Positions 27,933 to 44,781 are shown, counted from the first letter of the stretch. The stretch: 64,000 bases of DNA from Eledone cirrhosa (GCA_964016885.1 OZ024743.1:354082001-354146000), one strand, 5' to 3'. The notes: generated by a model from the letters alone, not told the origin. Program-made: numbers and translations.

Positions 27933-28014
<82 letters not shown>

Positions 28015-28072
28015 TATATACATATATATGTATATCCATATATATATATATCCATATATATATATATACACG

Positions 28073-29082
<1,010 letters not shown>

Positions 29083-29097
29083 GTATATATATAAAGG

Positions 29098-30235
29098 TTT
29101 ACCTATATATAAAGTCATAGATATATATGTGTTTTGCAACAGGTCACGTTGTGGCTCAATGAAGAATTAATAAATTAAATAATCAGAGCTATATATCATA
29201 AAACATGTATTTAGAATCACTAGATAGAATATATACCATTTCCTCTCTCAATTAGCATAATTAACCATATAAAACCATTAAAATACAGATGAAACCATGG
29301 TAGAGGTAACTAGGTATGTACGCATTTCTTCTAAGTTTGATTTTCCACCTAATTGTGTTTAGTTGACTGTATATCTTGTCGAATACTACATGCTGTCGAA
29401 ATGTTCGATAAATACTCCATCGTAGGCACCGCGAAGGGGCTGCTTTCGGTTATTTGTCGGATATTTCTTCATAGGAGCCTTTATTCTTATAGCTTGGTCT
29501 AATTGATTTTTTATATGGTTAATTATGCTAATTGGGAGAGGAAATGGTATATATTATATCTAGTGATTCTAAAGACATGTTTTATGATATATAGCTCTGA
29601 TTATTTAATTTATTAATTTTTCATTGAGCCACAACGTGACCTGTTGCAAAACACATATATATCTATGACTTTATATATATGTAAACGATTATATGTAATA
29701 ATCTCCCGTTGAGATACAATTTGGCTATATTGGGCTGCGCTTTCTAGCAATAAGCCTACCCGCCGTAAGCAACTAATCACGTCCTTTCTAACTTGACCGC
29801 TGCCACGTCACGATTCTTAGCCATTTTTGAATGTATTTTTGGCGCGATCACTTTGGAAAATTAAATGTCTAATTTTGAGATCACTCCTGATGAGTCCGAA
29901 ACTTTAGACATTCCCTGTTATCGGATGTCTTAAAATACGGATGAAACCATAGTAGAGGTAATTAGGTATGTACGCATTTCTTCTAAGTTTGATTTTACAC
30001 CTAATTGTGTTTAGTTGACTGTATATCTGGTCGATTTCTACATGCTGTCGAAATGTTCGATAAATACTCCACCGTAGCCACCGCAAAGGGGCTGCTTTCG
30101 GTTATTTGTCGGAGATTTCTTCATAGGAGCCTTTATTCTTATAGCTTGGTCTAATTGATTTTTATATGGTTAATTATGCTCATAGGGAGAGGAAATGGTA
30201 TATATTATATCTAGTGATTCTAAAAACATGTTTTA

Positions 30236-30240
<5 letters not shown>
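29098..30240 (+). mobile_element. PLE-type pLTR array: inverted plus tandem copies
   Basis: 29098-29274 inverted versus 29509-29686; 29279-29590 repeated at 29930-30240. Confidence 0.75.
29884..29957 (+). ncRNA. Type I hammerhead with long stem II
   Basis: ctc-CTGATGA-gtccg..agacat../..atgtct..cggat-GAAAC cata GTA-gag. Confidence 0.65.
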
Positions 30241-30313
<73 letters not shown>

Positions 30314-30530
30314 CTGTGGACGCACAAGCAAGACGTGTGTTTTTTTCCTGCCGGTAACATATCATAAAAACGAATTTCATCTGAGTATACCATTCTCATA
30401 ACAGCAACAAATGCATGAATGACATCTTGATTGCATGGGAGAACCGTTGAAATAATTATAATGAATAAACGATTTATGTAACATCAGCATATTTATTAAT
30501 GTTATATATATAAAATATATATCGAAATCA

Positions 30531-30731
30531 TGCAATTTGTGCACAGACGAAAGATGGAACATTCTAAAAACGCTTCATCGCAGAAATAATTGTCTAAATT
30601 CAAGAGTAGATTTCTTCAACGGCTGTCCACACATGCCTAAACATGTCCTAAAAAGTGAAAACAACCAGACTTATAATCTGTCACACAGATGCCACCCCAT
30701 AACATTTTCACCTCTCTTTAGGAACACTTAG
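30531..30731 (+). pseudogene. PLE endonuclease C-terminal remnant
   Basis: CNLCTDERWNILK..CLNSRVDFFNGCPH..KH aligns by eye with the C-terminus of ORF 25422. Confidence 0.8.
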
Positions 30732-31879
30732 CTTCTTTAAACTCTTTAGTATTAAAAGAATCTCTAATTAACATATAGTAATCCACCTACTGTAGCCATT
30801 TTTCTTCCTTGCTCCTCTCCTACTCCCCCTTTCTGATCTCTCTCTGTATTAACTATAAGCCTTTATAGTTGCCCTATATAGTTTCCCCAACAATTTTGAA
30901 AACAACTTTTATCCTAATGAACCCACTATCTCCAACTCTAACAAAATAGCTGTTAGCTCCCTTTATCTGTCATTCTACACAAAATGACATGAGCAAAAGT
31001 ATTACCGCCTTTTAGACTCTCTTCACTACATACTTAACCCGTAGTTATTATCCGTTTCTTTAGAACTCTTCTATTAAAGACACATAAACGATCACAATCA
31101 TTCCAAAATAGACGGATTGAAGGTTTGACAAAGTAAAAAAATACGTGTATTCAGAAGCATAATCTTTTAGTGTAATACATAACAAAACACGTCTCTCGGA
31201 TGGAGTCCTCTGCCAATTCTGGATATTTATTACGGAATTAATTTATACTATACAGTTACACTATATAGATACATATATAGATATAGACTCATACATATAC
31301 GTAGTTATATATGTATGCCGATGTGTATATATATGTTTGTGGGTATTTGTATGTTCGGATTTAAAACGAGAAAGAATATCGAACACATGAAGTAATGATT
31401 ATTAATTTATTCGCTGATTCATTCCATCGGTATTCTAGATTTCAAGATTCGTTCTTCAAACATAATATTTTGAATTACTAATTTCAGCGACTGACTGTCA
31501 CCTAAGTTTCAATTTAATGAATATATATATATATATATTAGTATTGATGCTCTGAAATAGCGATGTATACATGAATGTATCTATAGTATATTTAGCAATA
31601 TACTGTATGTTTAATTAAAACAATTTGAAGACAATTCGCTATGAGTTTTGACGTAGTGACTATGTCACTTACTTATTCTCGGCAAAAGCTAAGAAGAGTG
31701 ATCGACAGCCTGTTTCTCGCTCATTAGTGTTTATCAAGACCACTCACTCCCTTGCTTCTGCCGAGATATATAGAAGCTGGATTCTTATAGAATTCCAGTA
31801 ATATTTAAGAGCTGATTAAACAGAGCGGTTGCCGGTCCAGCAAAAGTTAGGTATTAGTATTGGTGTTCTGAAATAGCGA

Positions 31880-32055
31880 TGTGACAAGGCTGGCCCTTGA
31901 ATTACAAGTACAACTCACTTCTCCCAGCTGAGTGAACTAGGGCAGAGTGAACTAAAGTGTTTTTCTCAATGACACAACATACCACCCGATCTGGGAATCG
32001 AACTCACGACCATACAAATAATCATGAACGGAACAAACTAAACCCTAAGCCACCA
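31880..32055 (-). mobile_element. Degenerate CORE-like tRNA SINE
   Basis: aaagtgtttttctcaatgacacaac and gggaatcgaactc similar to 10860-10984. Confidence 0.6.
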
Positions 32056-32610
32056 TATTTCTTTCTTGAACATTCTTCTCTGCAGAGCAGGATAGAAAAA
32101 TACGTCTCCGACAATATGACAGTGACCTGGGTACTGAATTCCGAACGCGTCACTTCTGCACGAAGTTTTTATACTGAGTTGACAGTAGCTAAGATAATCA
32201 ATATATTGAGGTTGGCGTTAAGTAGAAAACACGTTTCGTTTTAGTAAATAACTACTAGTCTAAAGAGGGAGTTTGTTGATAAACTTGTGAAAAATAGCTC
32301 GAAGCCAACTTATTATTGGAAAGAATAGCCCTTCGGCATCTCTGCAGGTATAAATATGAAGGTTGCGTGATTTCTGAAGAGATACGAGGATACGAAAGTC
32401 GTTCAATAATTCCCGATAGCAGAAGCACGACATGGCAGCTAAAGCCACAATAGAGTATATATTGGTTCAAAATGGATGTCTGATACCATGTAGATATGAA
32501 CGGTTTGTCAGTGACATTTTGTTGAACTGTTTGACGTGTTTTCGTGAAAGTGAAATGTAAATCGTATATGAATAAATAAATTTCCTCAGCCATCAACGGC
32601 CAAGAAGTTG

Positions 32611-33041
<431 letters not shown>

Positions 33042-33109
33042 CAAGGTTTAGCAAATAATGAAAAAGTTTCAAAATACATTTTAAAAAATTAACTTTACTT
33101 ACTATAGTT

Positions 33110-33193
33110 ACCTTTACCGAATCGGTTTCGAATCTCAAAAATAAACGGAGACCATACGGCCTTCGTTGCAAAGAAAGATTCTCGTCAGAAGGT
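33110..33193 (-). ncRNA. Type I hammerhead with long stem II loop
   Basis: acctt-CTGACGA-gaatct..agattc-GAAACCG att CGGTA-aaggt; 3' half duplicated within 33515-33636. Confidence 0.8.
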
Positions 33194-33666
33194 TCTTTTC
33201 ATGCGAATATAAAATTCTTGAATTTAAATTACGAACTAGCGCTATCCAAAACTGTTCCCGAGATGAGAGTAAATGAAGTGGAATCAATTTTTTCAAGGGC
33301 CGAAGCAAAGATAGAGGCAGAGGGAGGAAGGTCAATCGGCCACCACTATCGCTAGCAGCAGTCGGAACGACCAAATTTTTTCTCAACATAGAGGAGTAGG
33401 TTAATAATAGGATATGTGTTCCTACACGCACAAGGCGCTAAGGGACACATGTATTGTCCAACCATATGCCAATGTGGTTCAATGGCAGGTTAATAATTTA
33501 ACGAGCCAGAACATATATAATCAAGGTTTAGCAAATAATGAAAAAATTTCAAAATAAATTAAAAAAAATTAACTTTACTTACTATAGTTACCTTTACCGA
33601 ATCGGTTTCGAATCTCAAAAATAAACGGAGACCATATGTATATATGTATATATATATATATATACG

Positions 33667-33701
<35 letters not shown>

Positions 33702-33727
33702 ATATGTATATATGTATATATATATAG

Positions 33728-33865
33728 ATTATTTCTGAAGACAGCATATATATGTGAAGGTATGTATATTCCCTCTGATAGTTTGTATAAATATTGTACA
33801 TAGATCTATAGAATATGCAAACCAACTCTAACACATATATATCCTAGAAACGATCGTAAAATAAT
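33728..33865 (+). ncRNA. Type I hammerhead with ~100-nt stem II
   Basis: attattt-CTGAAGA-cagc atatatatgtg..cacatatatat ccta-GAAAC gatc GTA-aaataat. Confidence 0.7.
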
Positions 33866-34061
33866 GAATTTTTTTTAATATAAGGAACTGTTTCTTTGTT
33901 TATTCATTATTTTTTTAATAATTTATCTTGACTCTGTTTTCCGTTTATTTTTCACCGAAAGTAGTTTTTGAATGCATCTTCTCTTTTCATGATATCCGGA
34001 TTACATTGAGTTCTTCATACGGATTGGACACTACCGTAAACTTTTGGTAGATTTATCTACA

Positions 34062-34153
<92 letters not shown>

Positions 34154-34277
34154 ATGTATATATGTATATATGTATATATGTACATATATATATATATGTA
34201 TGTATATATGTATGTATATGTGTATGTACATAACCATTTTCTATTTGCTCTAAAGACGAACAGCGCTCGGTGATCCG

Positions 34278-34324
<47 letters not shown>

Positions 34325-34333
34325 TACATATAT

Positions 34334-34504
<171 letters not shown>

Positions 34505-34557
34505 CATATATACATATATACATACATATATATATATATATACATATATACATATAT

Positions 34558-34692
<135 letters not shown>

Positions 34693-34924
34693 TCAACTTG
34701 CTTATCAACATTTTGAGTCTATCTTTGTAGAAGCATTTATAAAAATGTTTTGGGCCGAAAGATGAGAAAACGAATGCTCATTGCTCATTGATTCCTTTAT
34801 ATTTGGGTCTGTGGCAAATTGACGGCGTTCCTTACAGCATCTTTGAATAGAGTAAATATGGCCCTCGTTGCTTCTGCTGTATGATGAAGGTGGTGGTGCC
34901 TGTGGGTGTGACGGACATCAACGC

Positions 34925-35129
34925 TGATAATGATGACATTTAGAATGATAGCGCTGATTATTTTGATCGTGATGGTGATGATATAATGATGATGATAATG
35001 GTAACAGTAATGATGGTGAGGGTGGAGGCAACGATGGTGATGATATTGATGTGAATGGTAACGATGATAATGATGATGATGATGATGATGATGATATTGA
35101 TGATATTGATGTTGATGGTAACGATGATA

Positions 35130-35176
<47 letters not shown>

Positions 35177-36303
35177 ATTGATGATATTGATGTTAATGGT
35201 AACGATGATAATGATGATGATGATAATGATGGTATTGATGTAATGGTAAGGATGATAATGATGATGATGATAATTATGGTGATATTAGTGATGAAAATGA
35301 AGATGGTGGAGATGATAATGAAGATGATGATAGTGGTGATGATGCTGTTGATGATGAAGATGATGATGATGATGACACTGACCATGCTGCTGCTACTGTT
35401 GATGACTAGGATGGTGATGAAGATGGCTATGATGCTGATGCTGGTGATGGCAAGTGCCATTGTACAAACTGCGAATTCTTGTTTTATTCATTACATTTGA
35501 GTGTCTGGTATAATTTATTATAGTGTCTTTACATTTTACTACACCATCACCATCACTACTATTACTACGATAATCACCATGACTACCAGCAGCACCTACA
35601 TTAACCACGCCAGCATCCCTACCATCAACATCCCCATCCCATCATCAGTACCACCACCACAACAACCACCAACAACATCAATACTGAAGCTACTAAAATT
35701 ACGCAATATGCTACTTCATCATCACTACTAACAACACTAACATCATCACAATCATTCTCTTTATCAGCACCAACACCAGTACCACCACCACTACCAGCAC
35801 CACCACCACGACCACCAGCACCAACACCAATACCAGCACCACCAGCACCACACCAGTATCACCAGCACCACCACCACCAACACCAGCGCCACCACCAGTC
35901 CCACCACCACCAACACCAGCACTACCACACCACCATCACCACACCAACACCAGCACCACCAACACCAACACCAACACCACAAGCACCACCACCACCAACA
36001 ACAACAACACCAGCACCACCAATACCAGCACCAGCACCACCACCAGCACCACTACCATCAGCACCAGTACCACCAGCACCACCGCCACCACCACCACAAA
36101 ACCAGCAGCACCACCACCACCAACACCATCACCAACACCAGCACCAGTACTAGCACCACCAGTACCACCACCACCAACACCACCAGCACTACCACAACCA
36201 CCAGCACTACCACCACCACCATCAACACCACCAGCACTACCACCACCACCACCACCAACACCAGCACCACCAACACTACCACCACCACCATCACCAACAC
36301 CAA
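34925..36303. repeat. Degenerate (GAT)n then (CAC/CAG/CAA)n low-complexity tract
   Basis: Direct reading; poly-D/M/V pseudo-ORFs. Confidence 0.9.
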
Positions 36304-37151
<848 letters not shown>

Positions 37152-37270
37152 CACACACATATATATATATACATACATATATATATATACATATATATTC
37201 ATACATATATATATACATATATATACACATACATATATATATATACATATATATATGCATACATATATGT

Positions 37271-37347
<77 letters not shown>

Positions 37348-37930
37348 CACATACATATATATATATATATACGATATATTAACAAATGGAAACTATATTT
37401 ATAAAACCATATTTATGGTGTGCTTTCATCAGATAAAATATAATATAGATCAGTTTTATAAATAAATATTGACATGCCCTTAAAGAATGCAACCATTTCT
37501 GTTGGAAGCTCTCTATGGTTTTATAAATATAGTTTCCATTTGTTAATATATCGTATTTTTGCTCCAATAATTTGTTAAGTGCTTTATATCAGTTATAAAA
37601 ATATTTGCTTGTTGTATCCCAACAATTTAAATAGAACATCTACACATATATATATATATATATATATATATGGAGAAAATGAAATTTCATTTCTCACTCT
37701 TAGTACGATTGATACTTAAATATAAATATGTATACGTACATACATATATGTATACAGACGTACACTAGTATGTATATACATACATACATGCACACGTATA
37801 TATATGTACGTATGGGTTTACCGAACATTTATTATAATGCTCGGTTTGTTTGTAAACAAACAGCCCGAATTAGTAGCCGTACAGTGTTCGGCAACCATCG
37901 TTGCCCTTTTGTTCAACACTGACTAAGGAA

Positions 37931-37971
37931 CGATGAACTAGTTTCTAGCTTATTAGCTGTCATCAGCATCG
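37931..37971 (-). ncRNA. Minimal type I hammerhead ribozyme
   Basis: cgatg-CTGATGA-c agct aata agct a-GAAAC ta GTT-catcg; the element's 3' end recurs at 42719-42764. Confidence 0.8.
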
Positions 37972-38225
37972 CATACCTTCCTGTCAGTCGATTGAACGTT
38001 TGAAAGTATATATTTTCCTTATGCATATTAACGGCTGAGCAGTCTAATTTGCATATCGAGTGAATTAGTCGGCCGGGCGTACCGAAAACGATAAATGGAA
38101 AAACTGAAATTTCATTTCTCACTCTTAGTACATATATATATATATATGTGCATGTATGTATATACATACTAGTGTACGTCTGTATACATATATGTATGTA
38201 CGTATACATACTTATATTTATATAC

Positions 38226-38314
<89 letters not shown>

Positions 38315-38317
38315 CAC

Positions 38318-38522
38318 ATGATGATGGCTGCCCCCTTTCATCGAGTATGGCCATTGCACGATATACCATTATTAATAATTATTAATTAATTCTATCGTGC
38401 AATGCAAGTGCGTGAAGATATTTTTTAAAGTGAGGAAAGACTGTTCATTGAGCCAATCCTGTGTGATTGGCTACTGAGCGACAGTAGCTAAACACGAAAC
38501 GAAGAAAAAATCAACATCATCG
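38318..38522 (-). mobile_element. 3' part of RTE-derived non-autonomous element
   Basis: Reverse complement of about 60958-61152. Confidence 0.8.
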
Positions 38523-40307
38523 AACCTAACCCATAATTTCTTTGTGGATGATCTGAAACTCTATGCAAAGAACATCGATGTGATGAAGAAAAATCTTGAC
38601 CTGGTTACAACATTCTCAAAAGATATAGGAATGGAGTTTGGCCAAGATAAATCCTCATATATGACTGTAAAGCGGGAAATGCAGCAACTCAATCTAGCAA
38701 CATTGTCATCAGTGGCCTAACTGTTTCACCGATATCTGATGAGGACTGCTACAGATACCTGGGGATAGATGAGAACAAATTCTATAATGGTATCTTGTAA
38801 TAAGGAACGCGTAACCAGGGAATACTACACCCGATTAAGAAAGATATGGTTATCGGAACTCTCTGCGCAAAACAAAACAGTGGCTCACAATGTGTTTGCT
38901 GTGCCTGTCCTAACACCAACGTTTGGAATACTCAATTGGACGATAGACAAAATACAAACAATTGATGTTAGAACTCGAAAAATATGAAACAACACCGGAA
39001 ACTTCCACATCAACAGTGACATAGACCGCCTTTATTTGAAACGTAAGCAAGGAGGCAGAGGCCTAACATCAGTCCAGACATCATTTGAATGTCGCATCAT
39101 ATCCCTCCAACAACATTTGCGGACCTCGAAGCGTAGGAGCCCGTCTCTCGAGCAAGTCTAGCTGCATGAAACAGATAAGATCATGAGAGTTGGGAAGGAA
39201 CTCTTTGAAAGATATTCCCTGTGTGATAACCAAAAACTCACACCCAGGGAAGTCGCTCAGCAGTATCGCAGTGAATCCATGGATGAAAAACTGCATGCTT
39301 ATCAGCAAAAAATCATGCATGGATATGTTGCCAGGTAGCTCCAGAGTGAGAGTAATATAAACAAAGAAAGTAGTCTATCTTGGACCAACAACCGCTATAT
39401 TGGCTACCACTTTGAAGGATACGCTTTTGCAAACCAAGAACAGGAAATCAACACGAAATACCTGATTCACAAAAGAGATAGGGATGCAGCCAAAAGTCCT
39501 AGATGTGATAACAATTGCAGACTCTTCAGAATTAACATCGAAGATGTCATCCATGTCAAAAGCAGATATCCAAAGATGTCATCGCGGTACTATCTACCTA
39601 TGAGACATGATGTAGTGGGATCAACACTGTACAATGCAATCTGTAGAAAAGATAGCCCGATAATAAACACATTAAAAGCTACAGCAATGTGGAAGTCATC
39701 CACGTACATAATATGAAAGAGTACTGGTGGAATGTTCCAGTAAAAACCCCAATAAAATGCAGACATAACAGACCAGATATTATATGGGACAGGAAGAAGA
39801 AAGCATGCATAGTAGTGGAAGTTAACTACCCAGCAGATGCCAATATAATATCAAAGATTAGCGAAAAGGAGAATATTTATGCAGAACTGCTGAGAAATCT
39901 GCAGATACTCCACCCTGATTACACCTTCAGATTTATGCCTGTGATTATTGGGGGCCTGGGGGATGTTAGTAACTGCCTCAATACAAATCTTGAGAAGCTA
40001 GGCTTCACAGAAACAGAAAGAATACAACTAGTTAGGAAATTACAAGTGCAATCCATTAATGGAACAGTAAAAATATGTAAAACATTCAAAAGACTTTGCA
40101 TCTAATAACTGCATATACACATGCACACATACAACTCAAATCATACACATCCACACATACAATAACATGCATATCTACACATGCATGCATGCATACATAA
40201 TCTACCTAGTTGATGTTTAAATTCCAATGAGAGAGTCTTGTGTCTATGTTAGAAACCGACTCTCTCCCTATTGGCAAACATTTGTGAAATTATAAAACAA
40301 GAAGAAT
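38523..40307 (+). pseudogene. 5'-truncated R4/Dong-type LINE (RT, CCHC region, RLE), disrupted
   Basis: FFVDDLKLY, YRYLG, VPVLTPTFG, YYLPMRHD, HNRPDI, KENIY, PVIIGGLG; stop at 40105; homologous to ORF 56418-59000. Confidence 0.9.
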
Positions 40308-40353
40308 ATACATTTATACACATACACACATACACACACACACACATACATAC

Positions 40354-40569
<216 letters not shown>

Positions 40570-40570
40570 G

Positions 40571-40704
40571 ATTATTTCTGGAGACAGCATATATATGTGT
40601 AGGTATGTATATTCCCTCTGATAGTTTGTAAATTTTTTACATAGATCTATATGATATACATACCAACACACACATATATATCCTAGAAACGATCGTAAAA
40701 TGAT
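40571..40704 (+). ncRNA. Hammerhead copy with core mutation (CTGGAGA), probably inactive
   Basis: Paralogue of 33728-33865. Confidence 0.55.
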
Positions 40705-40851
40705 GAATTTTTTAATATAAGGAACTGTTTCTTTGTTTTTATTCATTGTTTTTATTAATTTATATATATATATATATATACATACACATATATATATATA
40801 TAATAAGGAAAAGCGAAGTAGTTTAAGATGTTCAAGTCTTTTAATAATTAT

Positions 40852-40925
40852 GTTGTGATATATATTTCTATGACGACACTGGCCACACTGTTCTGTGTGC
40901 GAGTGTCGCGACATCGTCAGACAGT
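40852..40925 (-). ncRNA. Type I hammerhead (mirror copy)
   Basis: tgt-CTGACGA..GAAATATATATC-aca on minus strand; weaker stem I. Confidence 0.6.
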
Positions 40926-41107
40926 TTGTTACATAATAAGGTTATGTTTCCGAGGCAATCCAAATTGATTCGACATGGGAACAGACGAAGTGTGTGCTTT
41001 TGGGTTCTTCAGGGGTACGGATGAAGAACCCAAAAGCACACACTTCGTCCGTTCCCATGTCGATTCAATTTGGATTGCCTCGGAAACATAACCTTATTAT
41101 GTAACAA

Positions 41108-41183
41108 GCTGTCTGACGATGTCGCGACACTCGCACACAGAACAGTGTGGACAGTGTCGTCATTGAAATATATATATCACAGC
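41108..41183 (+). ncRNA. Type I hammerhead with long stem II
   Basis: gctgt-CTGACGA-tg..cgacact..agtgtcg..catt-GAAAT atatat ATC-acagc. Confidence 0.75.
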
Positions 41184-41310
41184 ATAATTATTAAAAGACT
41201 TGAACATCTGAAACTACTTCGCTTTTCCTTATTCGATATTTACTCCGTCACTCCTATGTGGAAAAAGTACGTTGAGTGCTTGAATTGAATTGCATCAATA
41301 TTTACCCTAA

Positions 41311-41382
<72 letters not shown>

Positions 41383-41426
41383 TATAATATTAATAAATGG
41401 ATACATTCACATAATCAAAATATATG

Positions 41427-41488
41427 TTTTATTATATATATTTCGGAGGTACTGTGCTGATTTTTCAGTACGTCCTCATCAGATAAAA
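41427..41488 (-). ncRNA. Type I hammerhead ribozyme
   Basis: ttttat-CTGATGA-gga c gtactg..cagtac c tcc-GAAAT atat ATA-ataaaa. Confidence 0.8.
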
Positions 41489-41736
41489 TACATAAATTGA
41501 TGTATGACATACCTCAACTGTGCTGATGGCATATATATATATAAGGAATAGCAAAACAAACGGTACAGTACTTGGAAGAAATATATTAGTTCGAAATAGC
41601 AGGAAGAGAGTCTTAATGTTTCGAACACTAGTCTTTCATTAAATGATAGAGTTAGAAATAGAAGATAAATAGAAATTAAAGAGAGATAAGAGGGCGGAAA
41701 GGGAAAAATGAGGGAAAAAGAAGGAGAATATATATA

Positions 41737-42125
41737 TACAAGCGCAATCCCAAAAGTAAGGTCTCCTTCCGATATTGCAACTTTTCCGTTAAAATCCTGT
41801 GGATGGTGCTTCCGGAAACCTCAGGAACCAAAATGCAGAGAGCATCCAGAGTGATCCGCCGATCTTTACGCATGTTTTCCTCGGAAGGAGACCTTACTTT
41901 TGGGATTGCCCTCTATATAATAACTGTGCGAAATTCGCACTTGGCAGTAGCGTTCAACGGGAGCTCCATTCTCAACGGCTGCCAAGCCAGGATTGAGCAT
42001 CCCAACGAAGCGCGCGCATGCTTGTTTGGGCGTGAAGGAAGCACCAATCACAACAGTGTTGCCAACAGCCGTACGAACAGTTTCTCTGCGTCCCCATCGT
42101 TTTGGAGACCTTACTTTTGGTATTA
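41737..42125 (-). mobile_element. Mariner relic with three TIR copies
   Basis: TIR aatcccaaaagtaaggtctcc at ~41746, ~41887 (inverted) and ~42104 (inverted); transposase pieces MELPLNATAKCEFRTV and DRRITLDAL..STIHRILTEKLQYRK. Confidence 0.85.
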
Positions 42126-42171
42126 AATATATACACATACCAATATGCATATTCATGTGTGTGTGTGAGTT

Positions 42172-42221
<50 letters not shown>

Positions 42222-42856
42222 TGTGTGTGTGTTTGTGTGATGGTTCGCATGCATGTATTATTTATATAATATATGCATGCTACATATGTATATGTAGCAT
42301 TTTGCTCGTTATGAAAATATATTGAGTAAATATGTCAATTTTTTGTTTGTTTTGAAAGCGATAATTATGCTAAAATTATTGCAGTTGTTGTTGTTGCTGT
42401 TGTTGTTGTTTTCGATGTTGATGATGGTTTATAGTGACCGACGTTGGAATATTTATTTGATAATTTAGTCTTATGCTTTTCATACAGATTTATTGGTTTG
42501 AATTTTGAAGTGTTTGATTTCTATTTAGAAATGTTTAAATTAACATTAAACGGTAGATATATATCTAAGATGTTTTTTTAAACTGTTTTCTTCTTTTTAA
42601 TGCAGAAGCCAATATGCCATGATTGAGAGTGATTTGTGAATTATTTTATCCGTTGTATCTGTAATTGACCAAAATATTAAATAAAACACTAAATATATAC
42701 TTTTACTATATATATATACAAACAAACCGAACATTATAATAAATGTTCGGTAAACCCATACGTACCCCCCCCCACACACACACTATATATATATATATAC
42801 ATATATATACACATACATATACATACATATATATGTATATATATATATATATATAT

Positions 42857-42934
42857 ACCTCACTCTCAAGCGTCAAACTAAAAATCATACCATTTGTACT
42901 GCCACTCTGTTTTTTGTTCTCTCTCCATTTAGTC

Positions 42935-43032
<98 letters not shown>

Positions 43033-43107
43033 GACTAAATGGAGAGAGAACAAAAAACAGAGAGGCAGTACAAATGGTATGATTTTTAGTTTGACGCTTG
43101 AGAGTGG

Positions 43108-43110
<3 letters not shown>
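42857..43110. repeat. 80-bp inverted repeat arms around a (TA)n core
   Basis: 42857-42937 is the reverse complement of 43030-43110 with about 2 mismatches. Confidence 0.92.
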
Positions 43111-43157
<47 letters not shown>

Positions 43158-43175
43158 TATGTATGTATGTATATG

Positions 43176-43218
<43 letters not shown>

Positions 43219-43320
43219 CGAGAGAGAGAAAGTGAGAGAGAGACAAAGAGCAAGACAGAGATAGAAAAAAAGGAGAGTTAGCTATTTAAGCTATAAAGAT
43301 ATTCAGACACACACGCACAC

Positions 43321-43365
<45 letters not shown>

Positions 43366-43428
43366 TCTATCATTGTATCGATTCTAAATTTCCATTATAT
43401 ATATATGTATGTATGTATATGTATGTAC

Positions 43429-43591
<163 letters not shown>

Positions 43592-43749
43592 GAGAGAGAG
43601 AGGGAGAGAGAGAGAGAGAAAGGGAGAAAGAGTGAAAGAGAGGCAGAGAGAGACAGAGAGCGAGAGAGAGATTATAGTAGTAATCGGTTTCCATTAGTTG
43701 AATTGGTGAATTGGTGTAACATAGCAACGATAATAATAGTGAACCATCC

Positions 43750-44150
43750 AATAGAAAAAAGATAATCTGCAATTGCCCACAGCCCCGAAACCTGCCCCAT
43801 ACAAGATATGTATATGTGCAATAAACATGGTATAACAATGTGTGATCAGTACAAACAAACAGAAAATAAAAATTATAGGGGCAACTTCTAATGTATTTAA
43901 TGAAGGATGGTATATTCACACACATTCCTTCAAAAATCATAAACTTAGAAATTCGACTACTTTAGCCAAAAAAATATGGAAACTGGAGGAGAGTGGAATT
44001 AGAGATGGGATTTCTTGGTCTGTCATCGGATTCGCCGACTAGCACAAACAGGATATAGGTGTTTGTAACATTTGTATACTGAAAATGTACCGTATTATTT
44101 ACCTGAAAAATACTAAATAATAGATTGGAACGCGTTTAGAATTGTAGGCA
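43750..44150 (+). pseudogene. Old PLE GIY-YIG remnant
   Basis: [39 protein letters not shown]. Confidence 0.75.
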
Positions 44151-44781
44151 TAAACTCTTTAAAACTTTCTCCTTTTATAAACCTAACTCGCATAGAATCC
44201 GATCGCACACACAAACCCTTTAGTCATATATAAGAAAATACGACTTGACCTACGAAGAGGCCGAGAAAGAGTGGACGGAGTTTAATCTTATCTATAAAAA
44301 TATTACAATGTCAAAATTATTTACCACTATCTGCTCGTAATGTCCTATAAAGAATATTTTAGATCTCAGTGCGAATAGCCAGATGACTACCCTTTATTCA
44401 ACAAATCAACAGCCACTTTTGTTAAACTATGATAAACAGGAGGAAAATGATGGAGATGGTGTTATTGTTGTCAATGTTAATGTTGGTGTTGTTGTTTGAT
44501 AGGGGACTCCTTTGTGGGTTTGTATGTCTGATGTATGGTTGTTTGTATTTCTATACATTTATAACTTTATATAACCAAAGTTCTTCCTTAGTGACATGCC
44601 TTCGCTTTCTACACACACACGCACACACACACACATTATCCTAATTATCCAAATTATCCTAAAATCTACGCCGGATTAGTGATTCTAGATGTAATCATTT
44701 ACATATTAACAAAACACGTGTAAGGAACAATAAATATAGAGCTTCAATTATGGAATTAGGTGTATTCATGTAATTTATTGA

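Larger units (their letters stand above)
40802..41233. repeat. ~210-bp fold-back palindrome of a PLE pLTR
   Basis: Arms 40802-41011 and 41022-41233 with a 10-nt spacer. Confidence 0.95.

Noticed and set aside
35051-35500. Asp/Met-rich ORF resembling an acidic biomineral protein
   Set aside because: Degenerate (GAT)n tract with no signal peptide or splice context
37410-37554. Apparent type II hammerhead on minus strand (GAAAC..ataaaa..ttttat CTGATGA)
   Set aside because: Stems II and III do not pair; more likely scrambled pLTR pieces
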